A DNA stretch of 64,000 bases from Chara braunii (Eukaryota > Plantae > Charophyceae): assembly GCA_003427395.1 (NCBI GenBank), contig BFEA01000035.1, positions 2,322,252 to 2,386,251 on the forward strand, read 5' to 3'. Positions 50,991-64,000 of the stretch are shown here, piece after piece. Position numbers and translations under genes: made by a program. The number at the start of each line of letters is the position of its first letter. The stretch's first letter is position 1. The notes below the pieces were generated by a model, which was not told the origin of the DNA, ran no database searches, and saw only the letters and a program-made list of their open reading frames with translations.

Positions 50991-52884
50991 GGACTGGTTC
51001 GTCTATGTATCGATAGCCATTATGACATAACGAGATTGAGTGGCGTATGCATTCTGGGTCAGATGTTAGTTTTTATCTTTGTTTTTGTTCTTGTCCTGCT
51101 AGAAGTTTGGGTACCTACGCTGTTAGTTGTACATATAGGGGAATACAGCGTATGGTTGCCATTGAGGCTCTTCTTAGTGATATAAGGGTCAAGATTAAGA
51201 GAGATCCCATGCGTATGTTGATGATATCCTTTCTCTGACTCATTGAGAGGAGGATTCAGTTTCTGTTTCAGAATATTTTTGATAGTTGGGTTAGTCCTGT
51301 ATCATATTTAGGAGGGTTTTGTTTGGTCCGAGTGAGTTGCGGATCGAGACTACTATTTGTGTGTTTAGATGAGATATCTCGTCCCTAAGTGTGTTTTGAG
51401 TTGAGGCTTATTTGAGACTATCCCCTTGTATATGACGATCACAATCACTCTCACATGTGTGGTTTTATCCTGATGTACGATGACTTTGTGTGAGAGATGA
51501 ATAAGAAACATCTCGTGTGCTGGGTATTTTGTGAGTGTGAATGAATGTGAACTGTCTACTCTTCGGTATACTCGTGCGATCTGCCCACGAGCGGGTGATA
51601 GGGTGGGGTATAAGGAGAGAGAGTGCAATCTGTTTTTATGAAAGGGGTGAGAACCTAAGGGATTTATGAGTCTTTGAGACTCGAAAACTTACCATGCCGA
51701 ATGTTTATTGTTGAGTTGTGGTGGGGACCCAAAAGTTGGTCTCTCAGTTTGAGTTGTTTATGGTTGAGACACCTTCAAGTGAGAAGGCTGTCTTTTGTTT
51801 ATTTTGAGACTCATCTTCAGAGAGGGAAGATGTTTTAAAGATAGGTCGCAAGAGAGTTCATCCTAAGAAAGGGAAGGGATGACTGGGAGGCCTATTGAGT
51901 GAGACCTCCTTCATATGAAAGGTGGTTAATAGACTTAATGGCATGAAAAACTGGTTTGAATGATAAAGCCTGACGAGAAAGATTAATTTTTTGTTTGGCC
52001 ATTGGTGAAATTTTGGAGGTCGCAAAAGTGATCTATTTGGGAGATGTCGTCGAGATGTGACTTTCTTGCTCTGATCAAGTTGGGAGGTCACGACCTTATG
52101 AATCTGGCGGTGATTTTGTTTTGTGAAAGTGGAGAGGTTGCCGTGTTTCTCTGTGTTGTCTCACAAAGGACTGATAAATACCTTTTATGTGTGACAGACC
52201 TTTGCATAGTCCCGCAATTATAGACATATATTATTGCGACACACCGTCCAACTGCTTGTGCTAATCTCACGACATTTATGAGAATACCAAGCTAACGGCA
52301 GAGTTTAGCATCACTAGGGCGCAACCCCTAGTGTGGGCTGCTGATCGGCGTAACCTGAACAACGGGCCTACTTCTTGCCAAAGGAGTAAAGACTTACAGG
52401 GGTGTGGCCACCTAGGAGGGTTTCACTCATGTGGAACGACGTGGGATAAGAGTCGAGTCAATTGAGTCTTTTTGAGTCCTGATTGAATACTTATAAGGAG
52501 AAAGTCTATCGTGGTGCAACCTGCGAGGACACTACCGCTAAAATGACAACGCAGTGGACCGTAGATCTGGCACGATCACCCGGACTATGGTGGACCAGGA
52601 TGAAGACCTGACGTTCCTGTACTAGACTGCGGAAAGAGTATAAGATAAAATTTATGTATATAAATATGTTTGATTGTGAAAATTGTTGGGAGGAAAGCGA
52701 GAATGCCTTCGAAGGTCTCGAACCCTCGTCCCTAGTTATGGCCCTGCTATCAGGGTAGAGATTAGGGACACCTAACGAGAAGCCGACATTTGTCTAGGAC
52801 AAAGGGGAGAGGACAATTGAGAAATTCATTGGGACTTATGCTGTAGTATAGTGATGAGTATCCCAACGTCCTAATGTCAAAACA

Positions 52885-55551
52885 ATGGAGACCCAGGTTA
52901 AAATTCTGGCAGCATAAAGCTATGTTTGACATACATTGATGGAGGCCTTGAAACAGAGTCTGTCGGCTAATCGGATTGGTTCCTTTCTCGTCAGCATTTG
53001 AAATTTTGGATGGACTTATAACTTTTTCGATTTTTGTGAAGCGACGGGCACGTCGCTTAATATGGTCCGGTAAGCTGTCGGTGCGAATACCCTTACAAGG
53101 GTATCCGCCCTGGTTTTTGAAAGTAACAGAAAATAAGTTTGATTTAAAAGTTTAGGTATACCGTGCGAGGCGCGACTGAGTCTGTGGTTTATATTGACTA
53201 AATGATTGACTATAGTAAAGAGTGTGTGGGCGCGCAAATTTAAAGCACGTGTGATTGCTCGGATTATTGATGATGGCGAAGTCAGCGTAGTTGCTTGCCC
53301 AACTTTTATTTTTAATTAAGTTAAGATTAAAAGGGTTTTTGTCTCTTGATTGGTGGGGTTACCTGTGACCTGTGCGCATGTGCGGAGAATGACATTGACA
53401 ACAAGGTGACCTTGAAATGTTTTCCGTACGTCCACGCTTCGCACAATGTCCGCTTATTTAGGTGTTCGTCGAAACTACACCCTGACTTGGGCCTAACCCT
53501 ATTGATTACGGTGTTGGACTTTCATCAAAGAAATTATGGGATCGAGACCGAGCGGCGATGACGAGGGGATATCAGGGTAGTGCGAAGAGGACCGAGGGGT
53601 TGAGGGCCCGACGGGCTATCCCCTTTGGTTTTGCCGTCGGCGGCGTCAGAACGGTACTAGCGGTTCCCCTCCCCTCATCGTCATAACCTTACGACTAAGA
53701 GTTTTTAAAACATTGTTATATATTATCTTATGTCATTATTATTAAATTTTATGTTTTGGCTTTTCGTAACTCGGACGTGACACTGGCCGTGGGTGACCGT
53801 CGCGGCAGTCGAGGACCTTGAGTATGCGCCTCGTTTGAAAAACCGGTTTGGAATTCGGCGTGGTCGGGATACAGGCGGAAGCAATTTAGTTTTGCCCATC
53901 TGAAAGAGTAAACTAGAAAAGTCAACATGCGGGAGGTTAGCAGCGGGTCCGGGGCCATGGCCTCCTTGGCTTCCCAATTGGAAAGTGGCGATGACCTAAA
54001 GTAAAATGGAAAAACCGTGGAACATTCCGAGCGACTCTGTGGGGCAGCAGCCCGAGAAAAGCAAGGGCCGAAGGCAGGGCACCGCGGCCGCCCACGTGGG
54101 TCCCCTCCTCCACCACGACCCTTCAAAGATTCTGACGGGGAACTTGCTACTACCACCAAAATCTGCACCAGGGCTCTTTTGATCTCGACGCACACTGCAG
54201 GGTTTGCAATGGGCCCCCACTCTTGATATGGAGACCCATGTTAGAATCCTGGCAGCATAAAGCTATGTTCGACATATATTGATGGAGGTCTTGAACCGGA
54301 GTATTTCGGCTAATCGGATTGGTTCCTTTCTCGTCAGCATTTGAAATTCTGGATGAACTTATAACTTTTTTGATTTTGCGAAGCGACGGGGACGTCGCTT
54401 AATTTGGTCCAATAAGCTGTCGGTGCGAATAGCCTTACAAGGGTATCCGCTTTGGTTTTTGAAAGTAACAGGAAATAAGTTTGATTTTAAAAGTTTAGGT
54501 ATATTGTGCGAGGCGTGGTTGAGTCTGTGGTTTACACTAACTAAATGATTGACTATAGTAAAGAGTGTGTGGGCGCGCAAATTTAAGGCACGTGTGATTT
54601 CTCGGATTATTGATGATGGCGAAGTCGGCGTAGTTGCCTGCCCAACTTTTATTTTTGATTAAGTTAAGATTAGAAGGGTTTTTGTCTCTTGATTGGTGGG
54701 GTTACATGTGACCTGTGCGCATGTGTGGAGAATGACATTGACAACAAGGTGACCTTGAAATATTTTCACTACGTCCGCGCTTCGCACAACGTCCGCTTAT
54801 TTAGATGTTCGTCAAAACTAGACCCTGACTTGGGCCTAGCGCAATTGATTACGATGTTGGACTTTCAACAAAGAAATTATGGGATCGAGACCGAGTGGCG
54901 ACGGCGCGGGGATATCAGGGTAGTGCGAAGAGGACCGAGGGGTTGAGGGTCCGACGGGCTATCCCCTTGGTTTTGTCGTCAGTGGCATCAAAACGGTAAT
55001 AACGGTTCCCCTCCCCTCATCGTCATAACCTTACGACTAAGAGTTTTTAAAACATTGTTATTATTATCTTATGTCATTATTATTAAATTTTATGTTTTGG
55101 CTTTTCGTAAGTCGGACGTGACACCGGCCGTGGGTGGCCGTAGCGGCAGTCGAGGACCTTGAGTATGCGCCTCTTTTAAAAAACCGGTTTGGATTTCGGC
55201 GTGGTCGGGATACAGGCGGAAACAATTTAGTTTCGCCCACCTGAAAGAGTAAACTAGAAAAGTCAACCTGCGGGAGGTTAGCAGCGGGTCCGTGGCCATG
55301 GCCTCCCTGGCTTCCCAATTGGAAAGTGACGATGACCTAAAGTAAGAAGGGAAAACCGTGGAACATTCCGCGTGACTCTGTGGGGCAGCAACCCGAGAAA
55401 CACAAGGGCCGAAGGCAGGGCACCGCGGCCAGCCACGTAGGTCCCTTCAAAGATTCTGACGGGGAACTTGCTACTACCACCAAAATCTGCACCAGGGCTC
55501 TTTTGATCTCGACGCACACTGCAGGGTTTGCAACGGGGCCCCACTCTTGAT
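52885..55551 (+). repeat. 1.34-kb tandem duplication spanning the internal/3' LTR junction
   Basis: 52885-54227 is repeated at 54228-55551; the LTR start TGTCGG occurs at both 53076 and 54418. Confidence 0.93.
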
Positions 55552-58500
55552 TTCACGGGTTGAGTGAGGACTTCCCTGCTGAAGGCTTGAGGTGCTGGGG
55601 AACTCCACCTTAGCAGAGTAAGTGGGGCGGTACATGCTACTGCAGCTGACAATACCAACCACGGGTCGTTTGGCCCCATCAGGATCAAACTTATTCGACA
55701 GGGCGACCACTCGACCACTATGCCACCTTTCCGGTCCCCTTCCCCAATGAACGTCAGCACTCTCTGCCTAATGCCACTCAGGGGGATTGTCGGGCGTTGC
55801 GCTAGTTGTACCTGACAAAGCGAGGCAACAAAGCGATCCCGCTAAGGCAGGAAAGTGAGCGCAGGTGGGGACGAAGGAGGATAAGGAAGAAAAAGCGAAC
55901 GTGGGCGTAGATTTGCGCCCCGTGCATTTGACAGTGGAGATGGTGGGATAATGAACCCGGGCGCAACGAGGGGAGGATGGCACACTCGACACTCCACAAA
56001 ACCAGGCGGGAAGAGACACTACATAGGGGTTTTGAAAGACGACGAGCACGATTACACAGTTAGTTTGAGCATTGGGTTCGTAGGTATGGTGGTAGAAGAG
56101 AGGTAGACTGTGCGGGAGATGGCGGGAGTGAACGAAGAAGGAGTGAGCATGCAGTATAGCCGATCGCGAAAGGAAAAGGGGAGGAAGAGAGGCATTTCCA
56201 TTATGTTAAGGGTGGACGAGTCTGATCGTGAGGATAAATTATGGAGAAAGTTAGTATAGATTAAGTTAGCAATCAGAAAGGTTGCGCGGAGGTAGTACGA
56301 CGACAGGCTATGGCGGGCAGGAAAATGCATAGAGCGCTCGATTTTTCACAGAATCGAGCAAGGTAAGAATTGGTATTGGGGTGGTTAGCTACTGGGAATC
56401 CATTTGGGAAGTCAAAGTAGAGAGAGAATTAGCATGTTAGGAGTTAGTAGGAAGATTTTGTGCGCAAAGGGAAACGGAGCGCGACTATTGGGGAAAAAGT
56501 TATTTTAGTACAGTGTCACCCGACCCTCTGTAGAATCAGGGAACTAATATGGTGTTCTGAGACTTTCCTATAGGGGTGGAATCGGGTTTCGAAGATAGTG
56601 GGTGAAGTATGTGCAGCAGATAAAGAGGGTTGCGCCGAGGGGAGAAATTAGTAAAGTAACCATGCATTTAGCCCGATTTTTGTGATAGATTCACTTCGAA
56701 CTTACTGGCTGTATCGGTGGGAGTCGCCTCGTTCTATCTCTCCCTATGGGTGCGTTAAGTAGACTCATGGGCCTGGCGAACCCCTAAGTCATACTCACGA
56801 CAGACCCTTTATGTATCCGCTTATTTCATTGTGTGTCCTCTCGTAATATAGTGGAAAATCCATTGAATATTGCTCGGCCTGGCGATAGGAGAGGCATGAG
56901 GCCAGCTGCGAGGGTGGAGACTTACCTTTTGGCTGGTACAATTTGCTCTGACTGTCGAAAGAAGTAGTCTCCATCTGTCTCTGTGCATAACATTGGCGCA
57001 ATGTGTCCTTCTAGGTTGCTGTGTGTCGGAGCTCCCCCCCACGTTAGTAGTTATCACGATCAGCGCCATCCGGATCCCTGATCTTCTTCTTCTTCCCTGT
57101 GAACGAATGTTGTCGGGCCAACCAAGAGTTAGGAGTTGCGGGCTGAATACTTACCTTATTGGCTGATCCGGTGGCCATTTCGCCGACCGGTTGCGTGAGC
57201 CCGACTTTGAGGTTTGTATTCCCACCTATTGGACGGTCAGGTGAGCTGTGAGTAAGAGACGACCACAAACGGTTATCGCGTAGCTGAAAATTCAGGAATG
57301 AAAATTCTGAAGTGAGAGTTTTGGGCAGTGTGAACATCCTAAATGGTCCTGAAGTGGTGAAAGGTCCGAAAACCCTGAAAACCACCTGTTTAGGCAGGCT
57401 GCATCATGAAGTGGTGAATGGTGTCCTGAAGTGGTTAAGTGAGAGTTTTGGGCAATCTGAAAATCCTCAATGGTCCTGAAGTGGTGAAAGGTCCGAAGAC
57501 CATGAAAACCACCCTTCATCACTTGAGGATGCAGCCTACCTAAACAACTGGTTTTCAAGGTCTTCGGAGCTTTCANCACTTCAGGACCATTCAAGATTTT
57601 CAGACTCGAATGGTCCTTAAGTGGTGAAAGGTCCAAAGACCATGAAAACCACTTGTTTAGGCAAGCTGCATCCTCAAGTGGTGAAGGGTGTCCTGAAGTG
57701 GTGATGAAAAATACGACTGTTGTTAACCTTCTCTCAAGACGACTAGAAAAGAAGGGAACGAATGTCTTGTTTGGGCGCTGTTGGGTTCCGCCGAGTTCTG
57801 CTACCGTGCGTTGTGCAGTTGTTGTTGTAGGACTGTAATACCACTTATTCTCTGCACATGCTGCATGGGCATGTTACTGGTGAGCGACGAACTATCTAAG
57901 CTTTTGCTGCACTTCGAATAGAGCGTTGAGGGTATGCCCTACGAGAATGCAACCATGCTGGACCACGTTGCTGCAACTTATATGGAGGTAGAAGCGGCGT
58001 GGCTTGAGGAAGTAGCTGAATTCTACAAAGAGGGGTATTGCTGCGAGTTGGAAGGACATCAAAGAGTCAACGTGTGGCATCCTGATTTTAGTTGACTAAG
58101 ATGTTACGGTTAGGCCACTATTGCGGGGCCCTCAGGCGAATGAAGGTACCAAGGCCCTCTCCTGCAAGTTGAGTCAGTCCCACTCCTGTATCTCGAGCGT
58201 CTGAAACCCCTCCTTCTGCTCTTCTTACTCGAAGTCTAATCCTGTTATAAGAGGAAGGCGGCAGGCGGGATTGTAACCCATAAGACCGCAATAAAACTTT
58301 GTGGGGAGTCAGCTCACCGATTGCAGGAGCTCTGCCGAAACTCAGGAGAAGTTTTGGAGGCAGGGAACTGAGAGGTAATTATTTGCTTTCCCTCTATAAA
58401 CGCAATTATAACCCCTACCGGTACTTCTTGTTATGATTAACTAAGTATACTGCCGACATCCCTACTTTGACTTTCATAACAAACCAGACTTAATTAAATG

Positions 58501-61500
58501 AATGATTGTGCAAGTTGCAGTTTCAGTTTTGTTTGTCTGACTGAAAGCGGATTGTGGGTTTGCACCTAGGGGAAAGGTGGGAGGAAGACTGTATTGAATG
58601 TTTTAGACTGGGTCAACCCAAGGCTGAAAGAGTCTCCATAAGATTGGATGGCTCAATGCTGTGTTTATTTTCGATTGCCTGAAGGACCAGACATGTTCCC
58701 ATAAGATTGGGTGGTCTGGTTGCTTTGACTAGCGAGGGCCGTTTGTGCTTGATTTTCAGAAACCAAACATTTTTCCGTAAGATTTGCCGACTTCGTTGCC
58801 TTGCTTCTTTGTTTTTTTTTTTTTCTTCTGTTTTACTAGTTATGAAGGAGAGTTGGGCATATTCCATAAGATTGGATGACCCTAACTCTCTCTTGTTTTG
58901 TTTTGAGGGATAAATTCAGGCAAAAGGACTGGACAGGTTCCCACAAGATTAGGTGGTTTGGTCTGGAGCCGTGCACATGTTGAAACCAAAAGGTTAAATT
59001 TGTTTATACTACTTTATTTATGAACAGGCTAGTCAAATATTTTTCCATAAGATTTGATGGTCAGACTATAACACATCATTTAACTAAAAAAAATGTGAAT
59101 TAAGAATAAAATTGTGGTAAGAAGGAACATGCTGAACCTTTATCTAAGATGATCTGTTCAGTCATATGTGACCTTAAAAAACAAAGTGCAAACAATTATA
59201 TATAACTTGGATATTTAAATGGTACAGGGCGACGAGGCTGGCTAACCTAGTCATGTGCCCAAAGAAGAGAAAAGTTGTAGTGCCCTATGTTTGTGTATAT
59301 TCTATGGCCGAGCTAGGCAGGTTCCCATAAGATTGGGTGGTGTAGCTTTAAACCTTAAGTAAATTGGGTATAAGAGACGAATCAGTGAGAGACTACGAAC
59401 TATTGTTTGACCAGGTTGACTAGGGGTTGGTGAGAGTACTTACCTTTGTGGTTTGGCCTTGCGTATGACTGAGTGAGATTACTACTTGGTCTGAGTTTCA
59501 GTTGATAGGTAGTTGCGTTAGATGGTCGTGCTGGAGCCATAAGAGACAATTTTAATTCATGCATTTTTTGTGCTAAGTTTATTTTTACTTAGGTCGATTT
59601 CTGCATTTTCTAGGATCATTTATCGTACTTGGTCTTATATAAATCTTGGTAAGCTACTTTCTCTACGGGAAGCACTACCAAAATTTCTACAAAACCAGGG
59701 AGTTAGTCAAATTTTATCTTTTCAAAAGTTCGGTTTGTCTGACTTTTATATATGGCTTAGTAAACATCTGGAAAACCTTCTTTTCTAAAGGGAGTGCTGC
59801 CAAAATTTTTGCTAATTCAGGGAGTTAGACAAAATTGGACCTTGAGAAGTCAAAGTCACTTTAAATTCTGAACTTAGCTTTGTAGAAATTTTTGATTAAC
59901 ATTTTTCCAAAGGGAATGCTGCCGAAATTTCTACAAATCTAGAAGTTCGTTAAATTTTGTCTCAGTTGAACTCAGGTCGTGCTTCTGAGTTCATATGTGA
60001 CTTAGTAAAGATTTGGAAAAACTTCCTTTCTAAAGGGAATGCTGCCCAAATTTTTAGTAAATCAGGGAGTTGGACAAAATTTGACTTTCCAAAAAAAAAA
60101 ATTGTTTTTGTTTTCATATTTGAATTATTATTAATTTTGGAAAGACATTTTTCCTACGGGAAGCGCTGCCGAAATTTTCTTAGTTTAAAGGAGTTGGATT
60201 ATATTTTGACAGGTGACAATTCGGGTAATCCATCCTGAATAAGAGAGATGCTGCCATAGGTCTACATTGCGTTGCGTACTAGCTTAAAGGTAGGCCTAAG
60301 TGTAGCTTGTAGGAGGACATTGGACGAGAATGTGCTATGAAACTTTATTCTCCATAGACTTATGAATTTAGTTTGGGTATTGACCTGTCTTATGTTACAG
60401 GTCCTCTTGACCGTTTGATTAAGGATCTGGTATAAAGTCAGCTTGATCCTACGGGGATCATCTTCTGTTGTCACTGATAACAGGTCAGTTGTCGGTTTGT
60501 CGGTTTACGATTCAACTCCAATCTACTCTTGCCACTCAACCTAAAGGTTTTAACTCTGAGGTTTGAAATGTTTCATTGTGTTTTCACCCGGACTTTATTG
60601 AATGATCATTTAACAACGGTACCGAGTATTTTATTGTTGGAAGAGTGCATTAAGGTTGAGGTTTGTGTGGCTAAAGCAAGGGGTGTGAATGTTGAGAATG
60701 GTTGAAGTTGACCCCTTGTAGTGCATGAACTTTTTGGTTGAATCTTTGATGTGATTGCAGGTGTGTTCGGTGGTTTGGACTTTGAATTTGACTGTCTATT
60801 ATCATATACATATATATGGCTGAGAGGAGTCTCACTGTAATTGTGAGAAGTGATCGTCATATAATTATAACTCTTTATATATATGTAAATACATATGTCT
60901 TGAGTGTTTCACGCGGCCTACTTTGTCCGCGCGTAAGGGTTAAACAAATTATGTTTTTGAGAGAAAAGGGAGATCCCCTGTCATCCTTTGCTTTTTAGAG
61001 TTTTTACAGTTGGACGTTGTAGTCCGTGACAACTGTCAAAGTCAAACCCCTTGATTTCTCTCCAGGCCCTGGATGATGGAGCTGGTCTCCAGGGCGATGA
61101 GAGACGATTGCCACCACATGTATGAACCTGTGTACCACCCACTCTCCACGGGGTGCAGAAGAGGGTGTGGTTCCCAACCGCACTTGGCGGTTGTCCAGCG
61201 TCGAGAGATCAATCCCTCAAGGCGCGTGTCATCCGACACTTGAGTGTCGAATGAGACCCTCAAGATTAACGAGGACCTCATGAGTATGAGTACTACATAG
61301 TACGCCATCATTGCGACTGCTTGCGTATGCTTGCATTGCGAGTTGATATGAGTTAGCCCTGCGTCCGCGCGGTTTTATACCAAGTCTTCCGCACGACGCC
61401 TATCCAATTTTCACTTCGGAGAGTTATCGGATGGCTACTAAGGGACTAGGAGTGTTGTCGAGTTGTTTGTTCTGTGTCCTTTTGTGTATGTGAGTGTGTG

Positions 61501-61980
61501 TATGTGTGTTTTAATTTTTATGTTCTTAGAGTGGTGTACGAGTGGTCTGTGGAAGTGTCATAGTCGACAAACGACGAGTCGCGCTTGGGACCTCAGCACC
61601 CGAAGGCGTTGGTTCACGTGCGGGTTCGATAGAGGTGTAAAACCGCGGGTACCTCCTATGCTACAGCGAACGAGAAACGCCCTCGGCTGGTCCACCTCTA
61701 TGATTGCAGTTGATTAGCTTTCGTACTGTGGACTGGTAGCTTGGCGGGGATACGCCCACCGAAGGGAGTTGACAACTTCCGTAAGGTGGAGGTAAATCGT
61801 GCCTCGTGTAGGCCCTATCCTGTCGTAGGGGTTCGCGAGAGGTATGGCTGGCGCACTCAGTCAGAGCGGCTTGCGGAAGCTCCATGTACATATCACGATG
61901 AGGTATAAACCAACTCCTGCATGGCGAGGCCGGGAGGGTCCCGCCCCGTTTTGTGCGGTGCTGGACCAATGCGCTCGACA
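54418..61980 (+). mobile_element. 3' LTR (~7.56 kb)
   Basis: TGTCGGTGCGAATA...AATGCGCTCGACA; colinear with the 5' LTR. Confidence 0.9.
57264..57736. mobile_element. 473-bp insertion of satellite-like subrepeats in the 3' LTR
   Basis: Absent from the 5' LTR (~29800); flanked by direct repeat AGACGAC (57257-63, 57737-43); unit GTCCTGAAGTGGTGAAAGGTCCGAA.ACC.TGAAAACCAC x3 plus one inverted copy (~57528-57591). Confidence 0.8.
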
Positions 61981-62499
61981 GCGGGTAATGCTCGACAAAA
62001 ACGTAACACCATGCATTGTTGACCATGCAAAGAGAATCTGGAATAGGGGAGAATATGCCTAACCAAAGGCATGCAATGGACGACACTACGATGACGAGGG
62101 TGGTGGGTGAAAAAAACGTTCACATAACTACGCGACTAGGAAAAAGCTAGATCTGAAGAAGGAAAGTCAAAATAATGTTACAGTCTTAATGCCTATGTAA
62201 TACCAAGAAAGAGTCCAACTCTGGGAGAACCAACTAAACGAAAACCATCATGCGACACACATAATGGGATGTACAGAGTAGGATGGGGGCATGAAGTAGT
62301 CACGTCAAAAGTAGCTAAAGGTGATGAAGTAGTTAAAGTCTTAGAGGTAGTCGACGAAGTCGACGAAACACAGGTCGAGGTCGATGTTGAAGCAGATCCG
62401 CAAAACGCTAATATCCTGACGTAGTTGATGATGAAGTACATGGTAGTGTGAGTTAGTGAGAGGAGAGGTAGGTGATAAGAGTGTCAGTCATCGAAACGC

Positions 62500-62890
62500 C
62501 GAGGGCGTCGACGAGTGCGTTGTGGACACGCGGAGACATTTGTCTGCTCCTGAAGAACAACCTCAAAGAGAGCAGTTTCATCCTTAGTAATCTTCTCAGC
62601 TGAAGGAGGAGGAAAAAGGTTAGTCGGTTGAGCAGGAGCATATATCTCAACACAACGAGCATCATCATATGCACGCACTGACATCCTAGCATGCTCCAAG
62701 TGCGATGTGAATGAGCGGAGGCGTCCGTCTGCTGCTGAAGACCAGCCTCAAAGAGAGCAGTTTCATCCTTAGTAACCTCCTCAGCCAAAGGAGGAGGAAG
62801 AAGGTTAGTTGGTTAAGCAGGGGCAGATGTTTCAACACAACGACCATCATCATATGCACACACTAACATCCTTAACATGCTGCAAGTGCT
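62500..62890 (-). repeat. Two tandem ~185-bp units after the chromodomain
   Basis: CATCATCATATGCAC.CACT.ACATCCT..CATGCT.CAAGTGC and CCTCAAAGAGAGCAGTTTCATCCTTAGTAA each occur twice. Confidence 0.8.
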
Positions 62891-64000
62891 CGACGGGCTT
62901 CCAAGTAGCCTCCTCAGCAGGATAGTCCTTCCAATGGACAAGGTACTCAGTGTATAGAGAGGTATCGTCAGTAACTCGGCGAGATACAATGTCGGAAATG
63001 ATAAACTCCTCCTCACCGTCCACCATGATAGGTGGAGGGCGCTCATAAGAGCGTCTAACCAATCGCTTGAACGGTCTGCGATAAGGATGCAACAAGGAGA
63101 TGTGGTAAACATCATGTATGCGAGTTTGTTGAACGTAATCAGGCAACTTCATACGGAAGCTAACGGGATTAGCGAGAGTATTTGAAATGAAGGTCTGAAG
63201 GATGCGGCATGGGCCGAAGAGCAACGCCTGAACTTCTAAGCGTATCCACTTCGAGCCGAAAGTGGCGGGCATCGACGAGCACATCGTTACCTACTTCGAA
63301 TGAGTGATCCATTCGCAATTGCTCCCTCGTGCGGCCATGCAAGTCTGGGAGACAACTATACTCTCGTGTGCGAACTTAATAAGCGTCACTATATGTGTGA
63401 CTCATGCGTCAAACACATGAGAACGAGTATCTGGGTGCAACCTCGACGGTCACAAAAAGCCTGCGGGTACATGAGGGTGGTAGCTAATATCGTAGTAAAA
63501 TGGCGACATCCATGTAGTTGATGAAACGACGTGGTTATACATAATCTCCACGTGAGCTAAGTGTAAGTCCCCCTGTTGGTCATCCCTAACAAACTTTCGG
63601 AGGATATTACCGAGAGTTTTGTTGGTGATCTCAGTCTGACCATCCGTCTGAGGGTGGTAAGATGACGAGAAGCAGAGCAGAGATCCATGAACCTTGTCAT
63701 CATAATGTGTTCGTAAGGTGTGAGTCACAGTCAAATGCTCTGAGGTAAGCCGTGACCTCTCACGAATTGGTCGAAGACGATGTCGGCGACCTCACGAGCG
63801 TTAATGCGATAGAGGCACGAGACAAAACGTGCACAATTCATGAAGCGATCAACAATGATCAAGATAACATCATGACCGCGCTCGGTGGGAGCGGAGAGGA
63901 CCAAAAAAATCCATAAAGATGGACTGCCAACGACTATTAGGTATGGGTAGAGGCTGTACTAGCTCATACGGAAGGTGGTTCACACTGCTCACCTCTTAAC
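62850..64000 (-). pseudogene. Chromovirus-type Ty3/Gypsy integrase with chromodomain (fragment)
   Basis: SSSYHPQTDGQTEITNKTL, GPCRI..IHDVYHISLLHPY and chromodomain EEEFIISDIV..EYLVHWKDYPAEEATWKPVEHL; runs off the window end. Confidence 0.88.

Larger units (their letters stand above)
26688..61980 (+). mobile_element. Giant decayed Ty3/Gypsy LTR retrotransposon with nested insertions
   Basis: 5' LTR, PBS, gag-PR-RT-RH-INT order, extra ORF and 3' LTR; flanks GCGT (26684-87) / GCGG (61981-84) form an imperfect 4-bp TSD. Confidence 0.85.

Overview
Eukaryotic, repeat-rich plant/algal-type DNA; the microsatellite style, plant-type U6 remnants and retroelement proteins suggest a streptophyte such as a charophyte alga, which is an inference. 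Left part (1 to ~24.9 kb): microsatellites, small tandem and dispersed repeats, four degenerate minus-strand U6 snRNA copies, an assembly gap, one convincing intronless gene (TPX2/WVD2-like microtubule-associated protein, 19181-21019, minus strand) and a 129-bp foldback upstream of it. Right part: one decayed giant Ty3/Gypsy LTR retrotransposon (26688-61980) with ~7-kb LTRs (TGTCG...CGACA termini), a tRNA-Asp PBS, gag-protease joined to RT-RNaseH-integrase by an HIV-type -1 slippery site, and an extra downstream ORF that looks like a second Gag. A 7.9-kb solo LTR of a sister subfamily interrupts its gag. The 3' LTR junction is tandemly duplicated and lacks an adjacent polypurine tract. An older LTR remnant lies at ~24.9-25.6 kb, and a minus-strand chromovirus integrase/chromodomain fragment occupies the right end. 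All alignments were done by eye.
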